A stretch of DNA of 64,000 nucleotides from Desulfobacterales bacterium (lineage in GTDB: Bacteria > Desulfobacterota > Desulfobacteria > Desulfobacterales > UBA2245), in assembly GCA_040771865.1 (NCBI GenBank), contig JAXGZF010000007.1, positions 62,001-126,000 on the forward strand. Reading direction: 5' to 3'. The notes beneath the pieces are model-generated. The model ran no database searches and was not told where the DNA came from. It saw only the letters and a program-made list of their open reading frames with translations. The position numbers were made by a program, and so were the translations under genes. The stretch's first letter is position 1. Every line of letters begins with the position of its first letter. Shown in pieces: positions 9,801 through 16,375 of the stretch.

Positions 9801-10641
9801 AGCGGGTGCCGGGTGGGTCAAAAGCTTCAAGGTTCGCCTGTTTCCGCGAAGAAAAGATGTCTTCTTCGCCAATGCGGTTCACGAGATCGTGGAGGATTCC
9901 CTGAACAAGGCCAGGATTCCCATTCGCCGCAGCAATATTCTTGTTCATCACTACGGCAAACTGGATATGGAGCGCGAGGCCCAAAAAGGCCTAGATTATT
10001 ATACCCTGGGGAAAATGAAGTATGAAAGCGATCCGACAAACGTAAAATATATCAACGAACTGGCAAAGCAGGCCCATCTGCTTCACAAATACGAGGAAGC
10101 CGCTGAATTGTGGCTGAAACTCCTCTCGCTGATAGGAACTGATCCCCGTTCGCCGGGCTACAGGGAAATCGCCCAGATATCATACGGCGAACCGTTGCCG
10201 GAAATCTATATTCAGCTCGCCTCGGCGTATCTGATGATGGATCGCTATGATGCGGCGCTTGAAGCGGCAACCAGGGCCATGTCGTCCAGAACGAAGCTCA
10301 AGGAATGCGTCCATATCTACGCGCACTGCGAAATCATCGTCGGCGCCCCGGACAAGGCGTTGCGCGCGCTGGAAGAGCTGCTTGCAGACATGCCGGACTA
10401 CCTTCCGGCATTGTTTTTGACGACCGTCATTTTCTGCCTGAAAGGAAAAACGGAAGAAATGCGGGAGCGTCTGCAGCTGCTGCTGCAAAAAAGGCTTCAA
10501 ATCACGCCGCTCTTAAACGATATCGCTTCCCAACTTCATTCGCACGGAAAGAGAAACGAAGCCTTGCTCATCCTTAATGCAACGGTTGAAAACAAATTGA
10601 GCGACGAGGAAACCGGCAGACTGATCGAGTCAATCGCATGA
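6883..10641 (+). CDS. Multidomain glycosyltransferase: GT-B-like domain + GT2 + TPR + GT2 + TPR; probable flagellin glycosyltransferase
   Basis: DIDFLFCGSITPHR (GT-B-like); VSIVIFTHN..VDNGSTDGT..LLNND (GT2); TPRs; LSLCMIVKNEE..VDTGSSD..LDADE..HYG (second GT2). Start placed at ATG 6883. Confidence 0.85.
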   Translation: MRFSVCVIEPEGYKYTHFLYDICKYICYGIESAGYDCCILRNKLTADRTNIIVGAHNQRDPALVEAAMQAGKYILFQSEIITDNLINNQPAQKSFADVYLPLMQQAQAVWTTVESNIDALKKWNVEADPIFWGYHPLMEEIHHKSNKDIDFLFCGSITPHRKKLLEQLIARGGRVVVMFDDAAMFRNDLIARTRVNLAPNQGPGMNHFGGVRVMYLIGNRSIVVVERCHDQAMFEHCFPWAETERWVDLCMETLRRPDLNQITEEYYEKAKSIRMVDFLTPLLDKFLSGCASHAPAGKAAHAGPLSAQQNAALNENHPSPHFKEKPVPGLVSIVIFTHNRLDQTKKCVKSIFRHTPETHEIVFVDNGSTDGTVKWLQGQIRKNKNCFLIENSTNVGQVKGRNQGMEASRGEFIVLLNNDVAVAQGWLSAMLDCLNRAPDAGIVGPTANHAGGIQKVTDPSYRSVEYLDSYASRFQEQFRHRRILLRKIDGFCMLFRRALVERIGMPDEQFESGGFEDDDYCLRSALAGFRTYIAGDVFIHRFESEISARSASAGKNIFEQKWTLSTRSAEGKRLSALKATELADALCQHGKPDKAIEVLIDCIKIAPDAAEIYESLTRIFIESKRFSEAREVIASMPEEAKDGLRGLELAGYAKEGLGLDDEAAEYADRMLAMDDASAPALNLRGILAYKQGDRKAAESWFRKATDADPGYGEAWTNLGVLEWSGERRDAAVSNLRRGFALAPAVPDHGSLYYAAITALNRFDEAENELRHARSICSGNKDIAFLLIEALIRQNKLDAAMPEIEDAITAFGLDEGMLEAALSVRERLGPRRIDNRQGKKGTLSLCMIVKNEEKNLARCLRSVRGVVDEMIVVDTGSSDKTMDIARIFGALVFEFPWTGDFSEARNQSLAHAEGDWILVLDADEVIAARDYDELKTLARKKPSSPVAYSIITRNYTSNVSVIGWTRNNGEFPEEAGAGWVKSFKVRLFPRRKDVFFANAVHEIVEDSLNKARIPIRRSNILVHHYGKLDMEREAQKGLDYYTLGKMKYESDPTNVKYINELAKQAHLLHKYEEAAELWLKLLSLIGTDPRSPGYREIAQISYGEPLPEIYIQLASAYLMMDRYDAALEAATRAMSSRTKLKECVHIYAHCEIIVGAPDKALRALEELLADMPDYLPALFLTTVIFCLKGKTEEMRERLQLLLQKRLQITPLLNDIASQLHSHGKRNEALLILNATVENKLSDEETGRLIESIA

Positions 10642-10653
10642 CTCAAGCGCCCA

Positions 10654-10985
10654 TTAAGGATGTTGTGCCGGAATTACGCGAAGGCCTGCGGCCAGGTTCA
10701 GGTTGATGTCGATCAGAATCCTGAGCTTTTCCGGCGCCGGATGCGCCATGATCTGAATGATTCGGTTGTCGATGAAAATGCTCAGCGTCAAAAGATTCCT
10801 GCAAACCTCTCAAGGGGCAGCGGGTTGTTGTCTCTGGCCAGTTCGGACTGCAAAACGCTCCAGACCGGCTGGCTGTTTCTCAGGGTCTCGGCCAGAACGG
10901 CATCTCGATCAGGAGCATCCCAGTTTTCCGGCAGTCGGAGAGGATCAGCGCGCTGCGGCTTCGATTTCCCTTCCGGATATTCTGG
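10654..10985 (-). pseudogene. flaF: Degenerate second copy of flaF
   Basis: Aligns at DNA level with 11293-11625 (ISGREIEAAA, WSVLQSELARDNNPLPLE, INLNLAAGLR). It carries about a 13-bp deletion near 10953, a 1-bp deletion near 10924 and a 2-bp insertion near 10808. Confidence 0.85.
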
Positions 10986-11039
10986 ATTTCTGATCACGGT
11001 AATTTTTCGGGCAGCGCCGCGGATCGCGCGTTCTTGCAC

Positions 11040-11210
11040 AGTGCCTGCCGCAGCTTGGGCAATACCTCTGGTTCAGACGATGCCTATGGCCTGTTCTACA
11101 AAAAAGGTAATTGTCTGGTTGATTTTTTGCCGGTTGAAGGGCGGTCCTGTTCGTGGTCAAAAGACGGACCTCTTTTTTCCGGAAGTTCATGATATGTCGT
11201 TGAGAGTCAT
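11040..11210 (-). pseudogene. Eroded remnant of a flagellin 5' end
   Basis: Reads MTLNDIS*TSG (flagellin MAINDISLTSG), then fragments QDRPSTGKK (QGRLATGKK), VEQAIGIV and RGIAQAA (IEQAKGIAQSA). The upstream leader resembles the flagellin leader. Confidence 0.72.
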
Positions 11211-11292
11211 TTTTTTGCCCTTTCTGGGATGCTTTTCCGGCAATTCTTGCCCCGTTTCACTGATGACATAAGTAATCATCCGGTTGCGGCAT

Positions 11293-11673
11293 TTACTCCG
11301 CCGGGCTGCCGCGAAGCCCCGCGGCCAGATTCAGGTTGATGTCGATCAGAACCTTGAGCTTTTCAGGAGCGGGCTGCGCCATGATCTGAATGATTCGGCT
11401 GTCGATGAAAACGCTCAGCGTCAAAAGATTCCTGCGAACCTCAAGGGGCAGCGGGTTGTCGTCCCTGGCCAGTTCGGACTGCAGAATGCTCCAGACCATC
11501 TGGTTGGTTCTCAGGGCGTCGGCCAGTTTTTCCTTATGCCCGACAAAGTCCCAGGTTTTCCGGCAGTCCTGCAGCATCAGCGCGCAGCGTGTTAAAGCGG
11601 CGGCTTCGATTTCTCTTCCGGACATGTTGGTATTCTGAGCTGTTCTGTAAGCTTCAAGTTGCGCTGCGTACAT
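11293..11673 (-). CDS. flaF: Flagellar biosynthesis regulator FlaF
   Basis: AY...SGREIEAAAL, ALRTNQMVWS, DNPLPLEVRRNLLTLSVFI, LIDINLNLAAGL. Start ATG 11673 after GGGAG; overlaps the flbT end. Confidence 0.92.
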   Translation of the reverse strand: MYAAQLEAYRTAQNTNMSGREIEAAALTRCALMLQDCRKTWDFVGHKEKLADALRTNQMVWSILQSELARDDNPLPLEVRRNLLTLSVFIDSRIIQIMAQPAPEKLKVLIDINLNLAAGLRGSPAE

Positions 11674-12052
11674 GGTTGATAATCTCCCGTTCATATTCAA
11701 TCAGTTTTTTCGTCAGTTTCAGTGCCTGATAATACCGGTCATTGAGAATGTATTCGCCGATCTCGTGCAGTATCGGCCTGGTGCTGGGCGCCGCTTCGAC
11801 CACATCCCCGACCAGTTTCCAGAATGTTTTGTGATGGTCCGGCAGATTTTTATTGTCGACGTACATCAGCTGAATGGCGAAATAAATCTTCCTGCAAGGG
11901 GTGTCGGCCGCCTCCAGGCTCAGGATGTCCTTTTCCCGCAGGATCGGCACGTCATTTTCGACGATAAAAACACTTTTTGCATCGCCGTTGGTAATGACCG
12001 CCCCGCCAAGAATGAATTTTTCATAAGGCTTCAGCGTGATCTTGAGCGACAT
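11654..12052 (-). CDS. flbT: Flagellin translational regulator FlbT
   Basis: MSLKITLKPYEKFILGGAVITNGD, ILREKDI, ADTPCRKIYFAIQLMY, YYQALK..KKLIEYE. Confidence 0.93.
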   Translation of the reverse strand: MSLKITLKPYEKFILGGAVITNGDAKSVFIVENDVPILREKDILSLEAADTPCRKIYFAIQLMYVDNKNLPDHHKTFWKLVGDVVEAAPSTRPILHEIGEYILNDRYYQALKLTKKLIEYEREIINHVRSAT

Positions 12053-12079
12053 ACACCCTCGCCTGTGATTTCTTTAAAA

Positions 12080-12505
12080 TCAGACTTTCAAATCCAGAAC
12101 ACTGCCCGGATGAGCCGTCGGGTCCGCATCCGGCGCATGGTTTTGAATCGACTCGTCTTTTTTGTGCGCGGCAGCCTGCTGCCGTTCGGCAACCGCTTCC
12201 CTGCCGGCCGCATTGTCCATTTTCTGCGTTTCCGTGAAGTCGGACGATTCGTTGTCCGGCTTTGCCTGGATCATGACGGAAAAAATCTCCTGCGTATTTC
12301 CCAGCGGGAAAAAGGGAGGAAAGCTGGTTTCAAGCCAACTGGCCTGTTTTTTAGGCGAAGCGTCGGGCAAGGGCGTTGCCTGAGCCGAATTCATTCCGGA
12401 TACGGAGGAATCGCTTTCTGCGCATGCAGCTCCTTTTCCGGCGCCAGATCTTGTCTCAGCAGTCCGGAACAAGCCCTGATTCATTTGAAAATTGTGAATA
12501 TTCAT
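12080..12505 (-). CDS. Hypothetical 141-aa low-complexity protein between flagellin and flbT
   Basis: Fills the gap on the operon strand, with GGGGG upstream of ATG. Contains FPPFFPLG and ends PGSVLDLKV. Confidence 0.65.
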   Translation of the reverse strand: MNIHNFQMNQGLFRTAETRSGAGKGAACAESDSSVSGMNSAQATPLPDASPKKQASWLETSFPPFFPLGNTQEIFSVMIQAKPDNESSDFTETQKMDNAAGREAVAERQQAAAHKKDESIQNHAPDADPTAHPGSVLDLKV

Positions 12506-12529
12506 AATGCGCCCCCGTTACTGGCGGCC

Positions 12530-12556
12530 AAGGCGGGGGAGTTCTTCCCCCGCCTT
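12530..12556 (-). promoter_or_regulatory. 11-bp stem hairpin with AGAAC loop, downstream of flagellin and upstream of the orphan ORF
   Basis: AAGGCGGGGGA-AGAAC-TCCCCCGCCTT perfect inverted repeat. No U-tract follows on the coding strand. Confidence 0.6.
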
Positions 12557-12576
12557 ATCTGTTTCCTGACTTCTTG

Positions 12577-13899
12577 TTACGAGAACAGTTGCAGTACCGA
12601 CTGAGCCGCCTGGGCCGAGAGGCTCAGGGCGGTGGTGGCCAGAGACTGACGGGTCTGCAGCATCAGCATGTTGGCGCCTTCCTCGTTGGTATCGGCCAGG
12701 GTCAGCTTGTCCGAACCCTCGGTCAGCGTGTTGATCATATTCGTCGAAAATTCCTGACGGACGGTGATGATGCTCAGGTTGCCGGACAAACCGGATGCAT
12801 TCTGGCTCAAGGTGTCCAGGGCCGTATCCAGCAGATCCAGATCCGCATCGATGTCGCCGCCTGCCGTCCATGTCGCTTCAGTAATGCCCAGACCGCCCGC
12901 CGAGGCGTCAAATCCCTTCACATCCATCGTGCTGCCTTCAAACTTGACAGTCATGGTGACGTCGGTCAGAAGATTTTTGCCCTTGTACCCGGAGTCACCC
13001 GCCAGCGCGGTGATCTGGGTCCGCATTTCATTGTACTGGGTCTGAAGCGCGGTCATTTCCGCGGATGGAACCGCTTTAAACGTTACGTTGACTACATTTG
13101 CATCAGTTACCGTTGCCGTATTGACCCAGGTGGTGTCCGCCAGAAGGTCCGCCTGCAAAGCGGCGGCGGCGGCGGTTTTGGATGCAGCGGCGGTATCGCC
13201 CGCTCCGGTTCCCGTATACGTGGTTTCGTTGGAATTGGTGATGGTCCAGGTTTCCGAGTGCTGGGTGTCGATGGCTTCGGCATAGCCGGTGGCGCTTCCG
13301 GACAAATCGGCCAATGCGACATCAGCATTGGACTTGGAAATGATCACATCGCCGCTAACCACCGCGGCCGAGTATCCGAGGCCGGTCAGGGTGGTATTCG
13401 CATTGATGTCTGCGGCCAGATCGGCGACGGTGCCGTCCCATTCACCAGTGGTTTTGGTAAACGTTTCTCCGGCGATGACCACATCTTCATCATCAGCAAC
13501 CACTCCAAATGTGATGGACGCGGTCGAATAGGCCGTCACTTGCACAGTCGCCGCTCCATTCGTAATCGTATCGGGCGTTGTGGGGCCTTCGGCGCTCAGG
13601 GCGGACTGCGCGATACCTTTGGCCTGTTCGATCATGGTGGTGATGGCCGTGATGCCCTTGTCGGCGGCGGTGATCGTCTGGATGGCCTGGCCCATGGCAT
13701 CTTTCAAACTGTCAATTTTGGACGCGCGTGAGGTCAGGTTCTGAGACGCGAAGTACGATACCGGATTGTCGATGGCCGTGTTGACCTTCTTGCCCGTGGC
13801 AAGTCTGCCCTGCGTGCGGTTCAAAAGGCTAACCGTGTTTTGAAGGCTCAAAAGGTTGGACCGCATTCCGGAGGTTAAGGAAATGTCGTTGATTGCCAT
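12577..13899 (-). CDS. fliC: Flagellin (alphaproteobacterial-like termini)
   Basis: RSNLLSLQNT..TQGRLATGKKVNTAIDNP N-terminus; RQEFSTNMINTLTEGSDKLTLADTNEEGANMLMLQTRQSL..AQSVLQLF C-terminus; Thr/Ala-rich centre; AAGGAG RBS. Confidence 0.93.
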   Translation of the reverse strand: MAINDISLTSGMRSNLLSLQNTVSLLNRTQGRLATGKKVNTAIDNPVSYFASQNLTSRASKIDSLKDAMGQAIQTITAADKGITAITTMIEQAKGIAQSALSAEGPTTPDTITNGAATVQVTAYSTASITFGVVADDEDVVIAGETFTKTTGEWDGTVADLAADINANTTLTGLGYSAAVVSGDVIISKSNADVALADLSGSATGYAEAIDTQHSETWTITNSNETTYTGTGAGDTAAASKTAAAAALQADLLADTTWVNTATVTDANVVNVTFKAVPSAEMTALQTQYNEMRTQITALAGDSGYKGKNLLTDVTMTVKFEGSTMDVKGFDASAGGLGITEATWTAGGDIDADLDLLDTALDTLSQNASGLSGNLSIITVRQEFSTNMINTLTEGSDKLTLADTNEEGANMLMLQTRQSLATTALSLSAQAAQSVLQLFS

Positions 13900-13928
13900 A
13901 ATGTTTTCTCCTTTTCTAGGTTGTGTTT

Positions 13929-13945
13929 CCGACAGTTCTTGTCGG
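13929..13945 (-). promoter_or_regulatory. Flagellin 5' UTR hairpin with AGAAC loop
   Basis: CCGACA-AGAAC-TGTCGG on the coding strand. Confidence 0.55.
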
Positions 13946-14040
13946 GGTTTTGGTTCTGCCTGTTAAGTTTCCTGTTTTTGTCCGGCCGGACTTTTTTCTT
14001 TTTTGCGTTTTGACGCGATTGTCATCCGCATTTGAACCTG

Positions 14041-14068
14041 TTATCGGAAATTCCGGCGCAAAACTTTA
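14041..14068 (-). promoter_or_regulatory. sigma28 (FliA) promoter for flagellin
   Basis: TAAAG-N15-TCCGATAA on the minus strand, about 140 nt upstream of the ATG. Confidence 0.8.
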
Positions 14069-14125
14069 GCGCTCCGGAAAAATTATTCGCAAAATATTCA
14101 AATCAAGCGGATTGCTGCTTTATAA

Positions 14126-14153
14126 TAAAGTTTCTTCCATCAACTGCCGATAA
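14126..14153 (+). promoter_or_regulatory. sigma28 (FliA) promoter for the TPR gene
   Basis: TAAAG-N15-GCCGATAA, matching the consensus, 35 nt upstream of ATG 14189. Confidence 0.85.
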
Positions 14154-14188
14154 CTACATCAGACAGATGCTTCATACGGGAGACATAC

Positions 14189-15388
14189 ATGGACCTGAGC
14201 GTATCCACAGACGCAATAAACACCTTATTTACTTCAACATCCGCCAACTCCCAGGAAAAACTGGACTCTCTGGCCGGAACCATTCTGGGGCAGGGAATCG
14301 ATTATTTTCAGGACGGAAAATACGAGCTGGCCGTCCAGGCCTTCAAAAGGTCGGCCGCGCTTTCGCCGTTCTCCGACAATAGCGCCAAGGCCTACGATTA
14401 TATCGGCAAGGCTTTTCTCAAGCTGGACAAAACCGAAGAGGCGATCAAAACCTACAAGGAGGCCATTCGGATTTATCCGACGGACGACTCGTTCCATCTG
14501 GCTCTGGGCGACATCTACCTGCAGGAAGATATGCCGGAGGAAGCTGCCGAGGCATACGAAACAGCGGTCAGAATGAATCCGAACGACGCCGAGAGCCAGT
14601 ATTCTCTGGGACAGTGCTACCTCAAAACCGGCGAACTGGATAAAGCCAACGAACGTTTTGCCCAGGTTGTGCGGATCAGCCCCGCCAATGCCTCGGGATA
14701 CTACGGTCTCGGCCAGGCGGCCCGGGCGTCCGGCGATCTGAACGGGGCGGTCTCTTTGTTAAACAAGGCCGTCCGCGTCAACAAGGATTTTGAACTCGCC
14801 TATCTCGAACTGGGGTATGCTTGGGCCGATATGGGAGATTTCAACAGGGCCGAAGACCAGCTGGCGGTTCTGAAGCACAACGATTCCGGTTACCAAACGG
14901 ATCTCGAGAATTATATTACTCAGATCACACAGCCGAGAATGACCGCGGCTTTAAGTTTTGACGGATTCAACACCACGCTGGGTCCGAATACCCCGGTATC
15001 TCGGCTGAGCTCCAGCCTGACCGATGCGAACGCGTCCAAACTCTTTTCGATGACCGTCACGTTTTCCAAGGATATGGACCCGGCCTCCGTCGTCAGCGCC
15101 AAAAACTGGACGATATCCCGGGCCACGATTCAAAACAACGGCGGCGTGTATAATTACGGACTGCCGCCGTCGTCTGCGGAAGCCTCTATTTCCAATAACC
15201 CCGCCTATGTTTTATTCGATGATGAAACCAACATGGCGACCGTTTATTTCCGTATTTCCCAGAACGAAGACGCCGACGCCACGATGGATCCCAATCATAT
15301 CGTCTTTAAATTCTCCGGCGTTGACGCCTACGGAAAGGCCATGGACCCGTCCGCCGACGAATACAGCGGCTTTTCCAGAATCGCATGA
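14189..15388 (+). CDS. TPR protein with Ser/Thr-rich N-terminus and a beta-rich, possibly Ig-like C-terminal domain
   Basis: About six TPRs (residues ~30-230); MTVTFSKDMDPASV resembles bacterial Ig-like (Big_5) domains; GGGAG RBS; no Sec signal peptide. Confidence 0.85.
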   Translation: MDLSVSTDAINTLFTSTSANSQEKLDSLAGTILGQGIDYFQDGKYELAVQAFKRSAALSPFSDNSAKAYDYIGKAFLKLDKTEEAIKTYKEAIRIYPTDDSFHLALGDIYLQEDMPEEAAEAYETAVRMNPNDAESQYSLGQCYLKTGELDKANERFAQVVRISPANASGYYGLGQAARASGDLNGAVSLLNKAVRVNKDFELAYLELGYAWADMGDFNRAEDQLAVLKHNDSGYQTDLENYITQITQPRMTAALSFDGFNTTLGPNTPVSRLSSSLTDANASKLFSMTVTFSKDMDPASVVSAKNWTISRATIQNNGGVYNYGLPPSSAEASISNNPAYVLFDDETNMATVYFRISQNEDADATMDPNHIVFKFSGVDAYGKAMDPSADEYSGFSRIA

Positions 15389-15459
15389 ATTGAAAAGGCT
15401 TCACGGATGCGGGCCGGAACCCCGGGGAAGCGCTTGATCGGGTCCGGCGGAACAGCGGT

Positions 15460-16365
15460 TTATTGAAGGAAGTTGATCAGGGAATATTCCTTGATCTGCG
15501 AACTGACCGAATAGGCGGCCTGCAGGGCGATCTCCGTCATATAATACTCCGCGGCGACCCTGGCCATGTCCGCATCCTGAATATCGGAGATTCGGGTGCT
15601 GACCCGGGTTTCAAGCACGGAGAGATGATTTTCCGCCAGCTCCATGCGCCCGACGATCGCGCCGGTTCTGGAGACGCCCAACTGCACCTGTTCGCGGGCA
15701 CTGGCCAGAATGTCGGCCTGGGCCTGAATCCCGGCGGTATCGTTGTTTTCGAGCGCCGTTTTCAAATCGTAAACCGCCTGAAACACGTCGACATTCCCGT
15801 TGCCGGCGACGAACACCGATTCTCCGGTGATGTTATAGGCCAGCGCCATGCCGGCATCCGCATTGACGAGCAGGCGCTGATCGTCACCGTTGTAAACCAC
15901 CGGCGGATCGCCTCCGGTTTCGGCAAAGGGCGGCGCATCGGAATTTGAGCCGGCAAACACATACCGGCCGCGCAGACTGGCGTTGGCGGTATCGATCAGT
16001 TCCTTCAGGATGTTGTCCAGCTGCATGACGGCCGCCTCCCTTTCGCCGTCCGTGGCGGACCCGTCGCTGTGGGAGTCGGCGATTTGGCAGGCCTCGGAAA
16101 GCAGGGTCCCGGCATACTCCAGATTGACGCAGGAAAAATCGACCCAGGGCCGGATCAGTTCCAGGTTGCGCTGATACTGGGCGTTGCGCTCAATGAATGC
16201 CTGAAGTTTTTCCAGGGAAACGGCGCCCTGGGGATCATCGGATATCTGGTTGATGTTTTGCCCCGTGGTCAGGGTTTCCAAGACCTGAGCGCTCTGGTTG
16301 CGCACCGTGGCCAGATTGCTGCTCATGCCGTAGAATCGATGGTTTTCCGTCGCTCGAAATATCAT
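15460..16365 (-). CDS. flgL: Hook-associated protein 3
   Basis: TGQNINQISDDP, AN..LRGRYVFAG, SDIQDADM, SLINFL; follows flgK. Confidence 0.9.
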   Translation of the reverse strand: MIFRATENHRFYGMSSNLATVRNQSAQVLETLTTGQNINQISDDPQGAVSLEKLQAFIERNAQYQRNLELIRPWVDFSCVNLEYAGTLLSEACQIADSHSDGSATDGEREAAVMQLDNILKELIDTANASLRGRYVFAGSNSDAPPFAETGGDPPVVYNGDDQRLLVNADAGMALAYNITGESVFVAGNGNVDVFQAVYDLKTALENNDTAGIQAQADILASAREQVQLGVSRTGAIVGRMELAENHLSVLETRVSTRISDIQDADMARVAAEYYMTEIALQAAYSVSSQIKEYSLINFLQ

Positions 16366-16375
16366 ATGCTGTTTC

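Noticed and set aside
10800..10960. Programmed frameshifting to give a functional second FlaF
   Set aside because: Three separate indels, including loss of conserved residues, and no slippery-site pattern; decay is the simpler explanation.
11187..11189. In-frame TGA in the flagellin-like relic as possible selenocysteine or readthrough
   Set aside because: It aligns to Leu, not Cys, and is followed by further stops, frameshifts and large deletions.
10660..11271. 203-aa plus-strand ORF similar to the 11284-11595 ORF
   Set aside because: The similarity is just the antisense reading of the flaF duplication; the homologous sense is on the minus strand.
12574..13731. 385-aa plus-strand ORF, and similar long ORFs at 11672, 28281, 37908, 41000, 48029 and 62873
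   Set aside because: Each lies antisense to a clearly identified gene.
13900..14035. Several GGA motifs in the flagellin leader as CsrA sites
   Set aside because: They are mostly not in hairpin loops and no csrA/fliW is seen in the window; not distinguishable from chance.
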